NCBI RefSeq assembly: GCF_032191835.1
Contig: NC_083223.1
Location: forward strand, 221,154,001-221,218,000
Source of the DNA: Heteronotia binoei
Lineage: Eukaryota
Direction of reading: 5' to 3'
DNA: 64,000 nucleotides
The notes under the pieces are model-generated. The model ran no database searches, was not told the DNA's origin, and worked only from the letters and a program-made list of their open reading frames with translations. The translations under genes were made by a program, and so were the position numbers. Positions 39,125 to 51,208 of the stretch are shown here, piece after piece (the stretch's first letter is position 1; every line of letters begins with the position of its first letter).

Positions 39125-39975
39125 TCTTTAGGGTTTGTAGAATCTTTCGGGATCAAGTGCCGTGTTCTACTGGAGAAAGTTTTCCTTCCAGACGTTTCGT
39201 TCTCAGCTGCGGAGAACATCCTCAGTGGCGTTGCAGCCGGAGCAGGCGCTCAGACCTTCTTGGCTGCTGTGCATTTAGTGGGGCCAGGGCTGCTGGAGAG
39301 CTGCTATTTGTAGGCTGGAGGGGGTGTGATGAAAGGGCAATTGTTTTGTAGAAGTGCCCATTGTTTGGTGGGGCTTCCTGGAAGGGTAGTGATAAGGAAA
39401 CTGGCTGTTGAATGTGACCATTGTTCTGTGTTAATTGCTGGGAAGGTTGGAAGGGGTTTGAAGATAAGGAAGATGGTTGTTGACTGTGCTGATTGTTCTG
39501 TGGAATTTGCTGGTTGTTCTGAGACTTTCTGCAATTTATAGTCTGTAGGGTGTTTTGCAGAGCTGGGTACCAAGATTGGTGGATGAAAATGCCTTCTTCC
39601 TTTCTGTTAAAATTGTGCTGGTGTTTGTAAATCTCAATAGCTTCTCTGTTCAGGCGAGTATGATAATGTGAGACCGTAGAAAGGACTTCAGTTCTTTCAA
39701 AGTGGATGACGTGGTCTCCTTCTTGAAGTGCATGTTCAGCTACAGCTGATTTTTCTGGCTGAAACAAGCGACAGTGTCTCTTGTGTTCGGTGAGATGGGT
39801 GTTGATACTGCGTTGGGTAGTGCCAATGTAGACTGCACCACAGGAGCAGGGTATCAAACGCCATAATGTTGACACAGTCTTCAAGCCCACACAACAGATC
39901 CGCCACATGCTGCGCTCGGCCAAAGATATGAGAGATCCACTTTCAACCTCTGGAGTCTACAAAATACCCTGCTCT
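39125..39975 (-). mobile_element. Penelope-like retroelement 3' fragment (GIY-YIG endonuclease, terminal repeat) with inverted 5' segment
   Basis: Minus ORF IPCSCGAVYIGTTQRSINTHLTEHKRH...REAIEI; plus-strand 39856-39975 encodes the adjacent upstream peptide ...LRSAKDMRDPLSTSGVYKIPCS. Confidence 0.93.
39188..39228 (-). ncRNA. Minimal type I hammerhead ribozyme motif in the Penelope terminal repeat
   Basis: Minus strand CCA-CUGAGGA-U-GUUCUC-cgcagcu-GAGAAC-GAAA-CG-UC/UGG: core boxes, 6-bp stem II, ACGU palindrome at stem III, GUC cleavage triplet. Confidence 0.8.
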
Positions 39976-40292
39976 CAGGAAGAGAGAGAAAGAAAGAAAA
40001 AAAAAACTTTCTTTTCCAGCACCGCCTACCACCTTCAACCCCCGTGCTCCGGCAGGCTGGAGCTATGTCGTCTTGTGACGCCGCAGGCTTCGGGACAAAG
40101 GTAAAAGAGGCTGAAACGGGGTAAAAAAGTACTCCCGTCCACTCCCCCTCGCCCCTTCTGTGTGCAAGCTCCACAACTGGAGTCTTGTACGGACTTTTAG
40201 CCCCCCGAAAAAGCCTTTGTTCGGCATGTCTCCAGTAGAACTCTAGAGACGCTGCTGCACCGCTCCGCCAGGAACCGGAAACCCCCTCAAAA

Positions 40293-40491
40293 CAGGGCAT
40301 TTTTTGAGCAGGAACACATAGGAACTCAGTTCCGGCTGGCTTGGCATCAGGGGTGTGGCCTGACATGCAAATGAGGTCCTGCTGGTCTTTTTCTACAAAA
40401 AAGCTCTTTGTGAAACAAATATGATGTCAGGGGGTGTGGCCTAAAATGCAAATGAGTTCCTGCTGGGCTTTTTCTACAAAAGAAAGCCCTG
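40293..40491. mobile_element. hAT MITE with ATGCAAAT-containing repeats (related copies about 6640-6796 and 60310-60500)
   Basis: CAGGGC...GCCCTG termini; duplicated GGGGTGTGGCCT...ATGCAAATGAG. Confidence 0.7.
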
Positions 40492-41949
40492 GTTTAAAAC
40501 ATCATCATTGGTTAGATTGTGGTGCTTTGCAATAATGCTGCATACTTCCAATCCAAAATTGGTATAAAGGAATGAAATGTCATTTTTTCTCAAATTCTGA
40601 ATCTGAACTAAAACTTATCTAAACCTTTGCTACAGAAGGTAGACATGTACTGAAGCAGTAGTACTACTGAATATTTATCATTGATTATTATTATTGATTT
40701 GATTTGATAGGCTGTCTATCCCTGCAAGCAGGGCTCAGGGCAGCTTACAACAATTTGCTAAAATACAATACAGAATATTAAAATACATCAAAACAATTTA
40801 TGAAACAATACTAACACTAAACAATACTATATCCTATTCAAGATGACGTATAATCTCAGTGTCCACCAACCCCCTGTGGAGAACCTGGGGTGGCAAGCCC
40901 CAGTGTTGTACCCCTGCCATCTGGGAATGGAGCAGGGTGATAACCCCTGAGCTGTGCATGATACTGCCTGGCTCTACCCTGAAACCCCTTAAAGGGATCC
41001 TTAAAATGGCTGAGGTGGACTTCCTCCTGAAAAAAGATCAGACCCAATACACAAACTGCCACCAGGGCCAGGCAGAAAGGGCCCACCAACAGGATCAGCC
41101 ACAGCAACAGTTGTGTAAACGGGAGGGGCAGACTAGGGGGAAGCCTATACGTCCCAGTCCCTCAAGGCCCTGTCCCCTCTGGCCATCACAGGCAGCTGGT
41201 GACTGGCTGGCCAACTGACCAGGCAGTCTGCAACTGGCTTGCTGGAGCTGCAGCCAGGCCCACCCAGTAGACTTACTGCTACATGAGGTTCCCTGCCACT
41301 GCTAAGACAAGAAAACAAAAAAAAAAACCCTTCCTTTCGAGCATGTGACACCGGGACTGTGGAGTTAGCAAATATCTGCCCTGATATGTGAACTCCCGCT
41401 CAGATGACCAAGTCCTAGACATAATTTCAGAACAAACCTAATTGTAAAATTCTTAGTTTTTAGTCTTACTAGTGGGTGGGAGGGTCTAGTGAGTAGAGAA
41501 CTGGGTTGGAAATTGATTGTATGTTGTTTGTATAACCTGGTTAGTTGATGTATATTATCCAGTGTTGTAATTTGGGTAATTGTTGTTAATTGTGGGTTTA
41601 TCCCACTGCATTTTGTGCGGTGCTGCCAGGTGGGGTGGGGGAGGTTAAGAGGAAGATGGTCTTTGAAAACATTCCAGGTGTCAGCTCTGGGCTGGGGATC
41701 CCAGTTATCCAGGGCTGCAGGAGGAATGGCAGTGGGAGAGGGTCTTGGCATGGAAGGGGATGGAGATATAGGTATGCTCAATTCCCTTCAGACCTTCGTC
41801 CCACCATGAAATGTCATAATCAACCTTGAAGTTGTATAATTCCTCAGTAGTCATTACTTTTGTCTTTTTGATGTCCAGCTGGTAATACTGCTTTGACACT
41901 TTTTGTTTGAACCTTCATCAGAAGGTGTCATTTGCATGTCTCAAATTGT

Positions 41950-42870
41950 AAATGTTCCTTCCACCAGTTTTTAATCCACCCTTCATCTAAATCTAATCCA
42001 GTTTTTTATGTGTTCTGCATATAAACTGAAGAGATAGAAAGATAAAATACACCCTTTTCTTTTCTTTTTTTTCTTTTTTGTCTCTCAATCTTTACCTTTT
42101 ATTTATACATTACAAAACAACAAAAACAGATACATTGACAATTTGCAACATCTACAAACATAAATGAAGATAGAGAACCCGGTAAAGCTCATCAAACATG
42201 TTATATGCAACCCAAAACTGATATATGCAAATAGAGAAGTATTATATTACACCTTAATTGGCAGAAGTCTCATCTGCCCCTACTATTTTTGGCTAAATTT
42301 CCATTTACCTTTGCCATTTTAACCTTTTAACACTTTGTTAACCAATCATAAAATAAAATCCAATTTTTGTCTACATATATCTCAGGTTTGATTCTTAATG
42401 CATCTGAGAGCTTATCCAACTCTACAATATCTATTATCTTTACAATTAAATCATCTATTATTGGTAATTCCTTTCTTTTCCAATATTAGGGTAACAATAT
42501 TCTTGCGGCAGTGTTTACATGAATTATCAAATGTTCTCAGTTTTACCCATTTTATCCGGTAGCAAATTCAAAAGAAAGAGTTCTGGCTTAAAAGGAACAA
42601 TAATTTTCAACATTTTTTGGAGAATTTCATGAACTTTTATCCAAAATTCTTTTACTTTTTTACAGAACCACCAGACATGGAAGTACGTTTCCAAATTGTT
42701 CTTGCACTTCCAACACCTATTTGATAAGCCTGGAAACATTTAGCTAGTTTGGCTGGCATCATATGCCACTGATATATCATTTTGTAAATATTTTCTTTAA
42801 AAGATGTTGACTTCGTGATCTTTATATTTGTTTACACCCTTTTCTGACACCCTTGCCAATTGGAAACCAT
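41950..42870 (-). mobile_element. L1-type LINE 3' fragment
   Basis: RCWKCKNNLETYFHVWWFCKKVKEFW (L1 ORF2 C-terminal Cys motif) followed by an A-rich tail. Confidence 0.85.
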
Positions 42871-43352
42871 TCTTCATATTCTGTTCTAACAGTAGCTTCT
42901 TATCCAGAAGTATAAGTTGTGCATCAAAATAATTGGATGCTGTGGCATACCCATTTCTTTTAAAACTATCCACAACTGTTCATTATCCACACAAATTGAT
43001 GTTCTTCTGAAATTATTTTGTATGCTCTTGAACCAATGTAAATTTGCAATACAATGTCCAGTGAGTCTTCCTTTTCTGAATCCAGATGGAACATCTGACA
43101 TTTCTTATTTCATGTATGTAACAGTCTTTGTTGTAAGCATCAGTTTGTGTGAGAAATTAATGCTATGGTCCAATGGTTGCTGCAGTCTTTGACATCTCCT
43201 TTTTTCAGCACTGGAATGTAGCTTGAACATTTCCAATCTGTGGGTTATTGTTTTATTTTCATATTTGTTGGCATATTCTTATTAAGATTTTGATGGACTT
43301 GGTTTCTGTGGCTTGGAATTGTAGTGAATTGTTCCCATCTCATCTTTTCTAA

Positions 43353-43630
43353 GAGGGCCAGTTTGGTGTAGTGGTTAAGTGTGTGGACTCTTATCTGGGA
43401 GAACCGGGTTTGATTCCCCTCTCCTCCAATTGCAGCTGCTGGAATGGCCTTGGGTCAGCCATAGTTCTTACAGAGCTGTCCTTGAAAAGGCAGCTGCTGT
43501 ATGAGCTCTCTCAGCCCCACCTACCTCACAGGGTGTCTGTAGTGGGGGAAGAAGATAAAGGAGACTGTAAGCTGCTCTGAGGCTGATTCAGAGAGAAGGG
43601 CGGGGTATAAATCTGAGGTCTTCTTCTTCT
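43353..43630 (+). mobile_element. tRNA-derived SINE (same family) inserted in an RTE LINE
   Basis: GCCAGTTTGGTGTAGTGGTTAAG head, (CTT)n tail; RTE sequence on both sides. Confidence 0.88.
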
Positions 43631-46600
43631 TGTTGCTGTTTGTTCTATACAGTTAATGTTTCCATGTTGATCTTTCAGCATGCCTAGCCTTGCTTTAAAT
43701 TTTCCCTTGATTTCTTGGATATTTTGAAATGGATCTTTTGATCTTCCTTTTTTGTTGTTTTAGGTAATCCAGTCAGCAGTCTGGCAGCATAGCTAAAAAT
43801 GACATTTTCCTAATGTATTTCTTTGAAATGACTGTTCACAGACATATAAGCCTTATGTAACAATAAAACAAGCTCTATAAAGTGTACAGTATGTATGCGA
43901 TTTCAAAATATCTGTCAGAAATACAGTCCTGGAAGGTGACCAAGGACAAGCAGCTACCCTTTTCTGGGTCAGTTTTCCAGATAGTAAGAGGGAGAGTTAC
44001 TGATTTCTCAGTTCTCAGGGTGAATTGCAAAAGACAATTAACAGTCTGAAAAACTACAAGTGATCTGCAAGACTCACCTAGAACTAGGTGCTTGCTATTG
44101 TTCAACAGCAGCTAACCCATAAAAGCCACTGTGGTGCAGTGGTTATTGTTTTAACTAGTACCTGGGAAAAGCAAGCTCAAATCCCCACTGTCCTGGGAGC
44201 TCAATGGGTGTCCTTGAGCCAGTCAGTCAGTCTCACCTTAACCTATCTCACACAGTTGTTGTGAGGATAAAAAGGAGGAAAGGGGAATGATATAAGCTTC
44301 TTTTGGTCCCCTTTGTGGAGAAAGGTGATGTATGAGGTAAATAAATAATAAATACAGCTGAAGATGAGGGGTATTTAAAAGGTTTGGTTGATTGGTGGGT
44401 GGATGGGTAGAACAGAAGGAAGATGGGAAAGGGCAGGCTAGGGAAGGAAGGGAGATGTAGGTGAAAATGAGGTGCTCTCATAAGTCCCTGCTGGTTCCCC
44501 ATCATGTCCCCAGCCTGATAGATAGCTATGCATAGCTGGGCCATAGTTTCCCCAAGTAGAAGCTGCCAGGGGAGGAAATGAGGGAAAGCTGAAGACAGGG
44601 GGCAGATATAGGTAGGTTGGCTGGTAGTTGAAAGGAGAAAAGGAAGAAGGAAAAGAGGAGAGGGTGGGAAAAGGAAAGAAGAAATAGTGGGAGAGAGACA
44701 AATGAGATGCCCCCTATAAGTCTTCATGGTTTCCTCCATTTGTCATATCTAATTCTCAATATAGCCTCAGATGCAGACCCTTAAACCCACAGATTATGGG
44801 CATCAATAGACAACTCAGATCTTTCTACAATCCTGAGGAAAATCCCCAAGGTTTTTTTTTTGGGGGGGGGGGCCTAGTTCCCTTGTGGTTCCCCCATTTG
44901 TTTTTTTTTAAATATTTATTTATTTATAGTCCACCTTTCTCACAGGGACTCCAGGTGGATTACACATATTAAGCCTGTACAGTCACAAAAATGGTCACAA
45001 TAACCAATGCATCAGGATTTTAGAAGTCTGTAACCACCTGAAAGAACTGAAGCATAGAATAGGAATTTATATGACACATTAAGTGGGACAAAAATTACAT
45101 TTATTTATTTATTTCGATTTATATCCCGCCCTACCCCACTGAAGCGGGCTCCTACTTACAATAAGCTAAACACAGCAGTATTGACCTCAGTCTCTAATCA
45201 TTCATCCAAGCAAGTTTGTAAAATCATTTTGTGCAGTGGAACCATATTACCTGCAGAAAATGTATAACTGATTTACAGAATTCACTATCATAAGATGTGA
45301 CAATGGACAGAATCTCAGCTCTTACAGGTCTATTCTTAAGTCAGGATAGTTATACAGTATTACTATGAGCAAAGGCAGTATACTTCCAGATGCTGGGGTC
45401 AAACAGCAGGGGAAGACAGTTGCTTTCATACCCTTCCTGTGAGCATCCAGAAGTATCTGCCTGGGTGCCACTGAAAACAGAATACTGAACTAGGTAGACC
45501 TGCAGTGTGATCCAGCAGAACATTTCTTTGGTTGGACACAGCCCCAGTAGTCCTGTTTCCAGTAAAACAGAACACACTTCAGCCAGGTCACTTAGGATAA
45601 TGGATTGTTAAGGTCTGGCAGCCAGAGCACAAATCAGCATGGGAGCTGTCCAGAGTTCATTTCATTCATTTTTTCATTTCATTTTATTTGATTTATATCC
45701 CGCCCTACCCCACCGAAGCGGGCTCAGAGCGGCTCAACCAGTTCAATAAACTGGTTCAAGATCGGGGCCTGGAGAGCAAGGAAGCTGTCTGGGAACACTT
45801 GCTAGAAACCAGAGCTGGTCTAGATGAATGCTGAACCAGCAACTGACAAGCTATTACTGAAGCTTGTTATGCACAGTGTGCTTGACTGCCCCAGCCTTCC
45901 TGGTGGAGGGCTCTGATTTTACCAAGGTTTTGTGTTTAGCTCCATCTTCCTGTGTAGATGTAGGAGATGGGATGCCCTGAGCTGCTAGGTGAACCCTACA
46001 TCATCTGGTTTGATGTCCTGAGAGGTGATTGTGGGAGATCCAGAAGCAAAGAGATTCACTAAATGCAGGGACGGTGCTAAGGGTTCTGCTGCTAGAGGCA
46101 TGCGCATAGCATGCGCCCCATGATGACGTTACTAAAAGTGACGTCATCGTGAGGGGGACTAGAGAGTGGTGGGCGACACACGACAGTGCTGCCGCGCCGC
46201 TGCTTTCCCCTTGCACTACACTCTTTGAAGGCTTCCTTGTTAGTTTTTAAAAGGCGACCGGCTGCTTTCAACCCAAAAGTGGCCAGGCGCCGCTGAGAAA
46301 CTACGCTCTAGGGGAGTAAGAGAGTGTCTCGTAGTGCCCCCAGGCGGAGTAGCACTCGAGGCCACCACCTACCCCACCTACTCCCACATGCCAGCCCTGA
46401 CTGAATGAGGTTTTTCTCCTGGGGAAGGGGCAGGCTTTGGGCTTTCAGATCCTCAGGTGCTGACGTTAAAAGAAAGAAAGAGAGGTGCATGTGGGGGAAC
46501 TTTGTCCTATGAGGTGATTATGTCTCGTTCTAGGGTTGGGCATATATAGCTGACACCATTCCAGAGAATCATAAAGGGAGAAACCAGATGAATAAATTGA

Positions 46601-46880
46601 CTTCTTAAAAATTTCAGCCCCACACACTGCATTTCATTCTTTGTTTAAGAAGCAGCTTGTGGTGCAGTGTAGGGAAATTACCTTTTAGCAACAACAAATG
46701 GAAACCCCATTGCATGCATAAAATCCCTTGTTTATGTGTATTTGGGGCATTATGTTCATATATAAAATATAAAATACACAAGAGCTGTTACTTTGTAAGG
46801 CAACTTGCCCCAGAACCATCTCCTGAATATATACTGTATAGCTACAGAACACAATCCTTCTGAAAGGAAAGGAAGTTCTT

Positions 46881-47031
46881 NNNNNNNNNNNNNNNNNNNN
46901 NNNNNNNNNNNNNNNNNNNNNNNNNNNNNNNNNNNNNNNNNNNNNNNNNNNNNNNNNNNNNNNNNNNNNNNNNNNNNNNNNNNNNNNNNNNNNNNNNNNN
47001 NNNNNNNNNNNNNNNNNNNNNNNNNNNNNNN
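46881..47031. other. Assembly gap (151 N) overlapping a TTBK1 exon end
   Basis: Run of N. Confidence 1.
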
Positions 47032-47088
47032 GTGCGCGTTCACAGAAGCATAGCGAACTGTTCCCCGGAAACCAGCAACATTACGAGG
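47032..47088 (-). CDS. TTBK1: TTBK1 kinase-domain exon (PRNVAGFRGTVRYASVNAH...), 3' end lost in assembly gap
   Basis: Acceptor ctttcctaatag|CCT; 57 nt readable then Ns from 47031; the expected final KNR codons and donor fall in the gap. Confidence 0.93.
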
Positions 47089-50000
47089 CTATTAGGAAAG
47101 AAAAAAAAATTATAACCTGCTGAGAACTTGCAGAGTATCTTGTGCTCATTTATTATTGTGGCTCATAAACTATTTTAACCTACACATGCATGTTAACCTA
47201 CACAGATGCCCTAAACAGATACATTGGTTATAATTTAAGAGTTGTGGACAAACCAATCATAAGTAAAAAATGTTTACATGTTAATTAAAACAGAAGTCGC
47301 TGAAGGATGCTGTTTCAGCCTTGAGTCAACAGAGACCAGCAACAATTCTTCACCTGCGTATAAAACGGAAATGTACACTCGTGCACAATAAACTCAACTT
47401 TATAGTATTTGAAATGGCAAAACAGTGGAAACTGATCCTGACTATCTCATCCTTGCTAGAGCTTTTTAGTTCTTTCAGTTGCTTATCCATGATCCTCCTC
47501 TATGCATACTGTTTCAAAAGATTATCCTAGCTTATAATAGCAACATCCACTTATTATTGAAAACAAGTAGCTCCTTGTAAGCTAACTCACACATTACACT
47601 TTTTAGGTTTGCACCTAAACCATTTATTGTCTCCAGACTATGTAAATCTTTGTCCCAAGATATCTGCGGGTCTCCTTGATGTTAGTCCTGTTAACGTTAG
47701 GCTATTCTGGAGGGGCTTGGGTAATTGAGGAATACTGTCCGCTTTGTGAAAGTGTAATGTTTCTATTTCAGGCTGTTTTCAATGTATTTCTGGAATGTAT
47801 TATTTGTTCTACTGGGCTGCTTTTATCATCTATTGCTATCTGACATTAGTTTCATGTCTCACTCCTACAAATGTTTTTTAAAGTAAAAGGACAGAGTGAA
47901 AACATTCTGAAAAAGTACCCTAGAAAATGTAAAGCATACCTCACAAATGGTAACAACCATCTGTACGCTACTCCTGCAGGAAGCCAGGATCAGCTATGGT
48001 TTCATGTCAAGCACAATTTCAGTAGCAAACCTGATTTTTTTTAAAAAGGCCTTAAGTATGGCAGCTATAAGGTACATAATGCACTATTGCCATTTTAAAA
48101 ACATGACTAAATAATTAAATCTAGATTTGCAGATCTATTTCTTGAACACCAAATTGCACAAAAGCTAACTTCAACTAGTACAAGCTCCATGGCTTGGAGT
48201 AAAATTCCTCAGAGGGTTTCTTAACGGTCAGTTTGAAACAGTGACCTCTAATCTTTTTTAATTCTCCAGATGAACCTGAATTATGAAAATGTATATAATC
48301 ACTAACCAGAAAGGTCTTTCCTTCTCCTTTGGGACTAAGAACAAGGAAACATATGCCAAAGAAAACTAACATGTTCTGTCACATAAGTCAAACCATCCTT
48401 GCTGTTGTGGCTAGGGTTCCAACACTATAACGAATTTCAGTTAGGATTGCCAGGATCATCGAGATGGTTGGGCATGGGGAAATGACAGGATGTGTGACAT
48501 CAGTGAGATAACTACATCATGTCCAGAGGAAAACCTGGAAGCGATGTAGGGTAGTTGCAGGAATGTAAAAAAACTCTTATGTTTTTACTATAGAGAGCTA
48601 CCCTACTTCACTTCCAGCTTTACCCTAGAAGTGACATAATGACATTGGTGATGTTGCTTTTTAAAATTTGTTGCCTACCACCAAGCAAAGTGGACTGCCA
48701 GCAAGAGACCTCCCACCACAGTGCAAGGGCCAGCAGTCTTAATTTCAGGTGCATATTTCATCATCTCTACTTTAGGAGGAAATTATTTGGTGGTCCTGAA
48801 CATCCATCAACATGGACTCCCTCCCCCCTGGCATAAGAAGCTAGACCTGAATGCAACAATGGAGAGCAGGAGTAACAGTTCCCTATGTGACAAAATCTTA
48901 TGTATGCCTGACACTTTTGTAGTGATGGGCGTAATTTAGATACACTCCTTATAGGGACACAGAGGATGGAAGTTTACACAGGATCCCTGCTGGCTAGAGG
49001 GGAGGAGCTGCAGGCAGAGTGCATTTAGGGAAGCCAGGAGAAGACTGACAGTTTGGAAATAAACTGCTTCCTCACATGACTGAACCCTAACGATGACAAC
49101 TTTTGATCCTAGAAGATTTATTTATTTATTCTTGGCCTAGGAGTCAAAAGCATTAATTAATGTCCCAGTCCTGAAAAGCAAAAATTATATCATGAAAAGC
49201 AAAACAAAAGCAAATGTAACTCTGAGCTCTAATAATAATTAAAGAAAAGCAAGTAGAAAATAAAAGACCGAGTAGCATCGTGATGGCTCACTCACAACTC
49301 ATGGCTGAGATGGTTACAAGCAGCAGATGGGAAGCCAACGCATCAAACACAGTCTCAAAAAAGGAGCCCAAAAGAACTGTAAAAAAGAGAAACCCAAAGA
49401 AAACCATGATAATAAAAATGCAAAACGGACAGAAACAAAAACAGAAATGAGTTTACAATCAGGTCAACACTATTTTTTGCCTTCCCCTGACGCGTGCACT
49501 TGTGGCTGTTGTTCTTGCATTCTCTAAAGCTCACAAAGTCTACATTGTGAAGCCTGATATTTGGGAGGTGGGAGGAGATGATCCTCCCTTTGGGTACAGA
49601 GGGTTAGAGGCAATGACCCATAGTTTCTACTGTGACGCATGATCAGACACTATTGCTGTACTCCAATCAGCACTTCCCTACTCAGATTAGTTAGCATCTG
49701 CTTTTTCTTTCCAGTGTGCCATGTTATTGGTTACATCACCACATTTAATTCTAGACCCAAACTTAGTTCTCACTTTGTTAACTCTTGTATTTGTATGCTA
49801 ATTTGCTGCTGCCATTGACAGGTTTTAACAACTGCTTTAATCCAATCTCAGCTAAACTTAGTTCTCAGTTACTTATGCATCTTGACTTTATATAGCACTT
49901 TCTGGCAACCACTCCCCCACCTATTTGTAAAGCTTGAGGAAATTCTGTTTCACTGTATCTGAAGATGTGCACATGCACACAAAAGCTTATACCTAAATTT

Positions 50001-50631
50001 TGTTGATCTTAAAGGTGCCCCTGGACTCAAATGTTGTTCTATTGCTTCAGGCCAACACAGCTACCCCACCTGAATCTAATTACATTGTCATTGTTTGTAT
50101 AAGCCAAGGACAAGCAATTTTTGCATGCTCAGGAGACACTATCCAATATGCTCCAAGCTGATCGATTATCATGGACAGCCTTTATTTTCTGGCATCTGTC
50201 CCTGTCAAACCTCTGTCCTTGTGACACACATTAGTGTACACATGCACCCTGGCTTGCCTGGTCTCTGGGAATTAAGTTAAATATAACATATGTAGAGCCA
50301 CATGAGGCTCTTTACCTGTGAAGCCTGCATCCACCTTCCTTCCAGTTGTGCAATTTGAAGGACACGATGCTAGGAGCAATACAAGGACTCTTGCCAATGC
50401 TAGGAGCAATACAAGGTCCAATAAATTTAACTATGTCTCTGGGAGAGCACTGTGCTTCTTAAACAACAACTTGCTGATGATCCCCAGCCCTAAAGACATC
50501 CGTCCTACTCTTCAACGAGGGCTAGGCCTTTTTAATCCTGTCCCTAACCTGGTGGAACTTTCTGCCAAATACCATCAGGGCCCTGTGGGATCTGATACAA
50601 TTCTGCAAGGACTGGAAGGCAGAGACGTTCC

Positions 50632-51208
50632 TAGCGTTGCTAAGTCTAACTCAAAAAATACCTGGATACTTTGAGGGTGGGGTCAGGAGATTTTGGGGGT
50701 GGAGCCAGGAGACTTTCCCATTCCCTAAAATAAATAAATAAAAAACAGGAGTGCAGTTCCCCTGAATAGAATCTTCATTTCTTCACCCCACAGCAGCTGG
50801 CTGCGCCTCTCTCTCTGGGGCAATTTACTTACCATGGGAGTTGTTGAATACTGTATACTCAACCAAGTTCTTCAGACTAACACAAGGAAACCAAAGTTCT
50901 CTCTATTTTACTGTGGAAATGGCTTCTGAAGGGACTGTACAACAAACGGAGGAACTGGGCTGCTTCCTTTCCCTTCTTACAACAGCCACATTGTTCTGCG
51001 GGCTCACCCCACCCCCATTCAGCCTAGCTCCAGAGATTTAAAGGCGCACACACATTTCAAAAAGCAAGCTGTTCCCAAGTGTCTTCTAAGCCTTTCAAGG
51101 TGGAAAGTCACATAGTGGCTGTTGGGACAGGGCTTCCTCCTCCCGGCCAGCTGACTGGGGCGGGAAGCAGCCTGCTAAACCAGGGGATCCCCTGCTGGGA
51201 CCTGGGGA
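50632..51208. mobile_element. Non-autonomous hAT element, inverted copy of the 9659-10369 family, right TIR missing
   Basis: Left end TAGCGTTGCTAAGTCTAACTCAA; TSD GACGTTCC / GATGTTCC. Confidence 0.8.

Larger units (their letters stand above)
38560..43780 (-). mobile_element. RTE/BovB-like LINE broken into pieces (about 38560-38990, 41790-41945, 42880-43350, 43630-43780) by younger insertions
   Basis: Colinear RT peptides EMGMPQHPIILMHNLY, LDIKKTKVMT, MYGYGSWTVKK, EMWCW in expected order. Confidence 0.75.

Noticed and set aside
43353-43430. tRNA gene
   Set aside because: tRNA-like head of a SINE; no complete cloverleaf, continues into SINE body and tail. Same for the other copies.
44590-44705. 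Purine-rich tract and ORFs 44248-44739
   Set aside because: Low-complexity sequence beside an old SINE; no protein signal.
50367-50416. 20-bp direct repeat, period 30
   Set aside because: Ordinary small tandem duplication with no associated structure.
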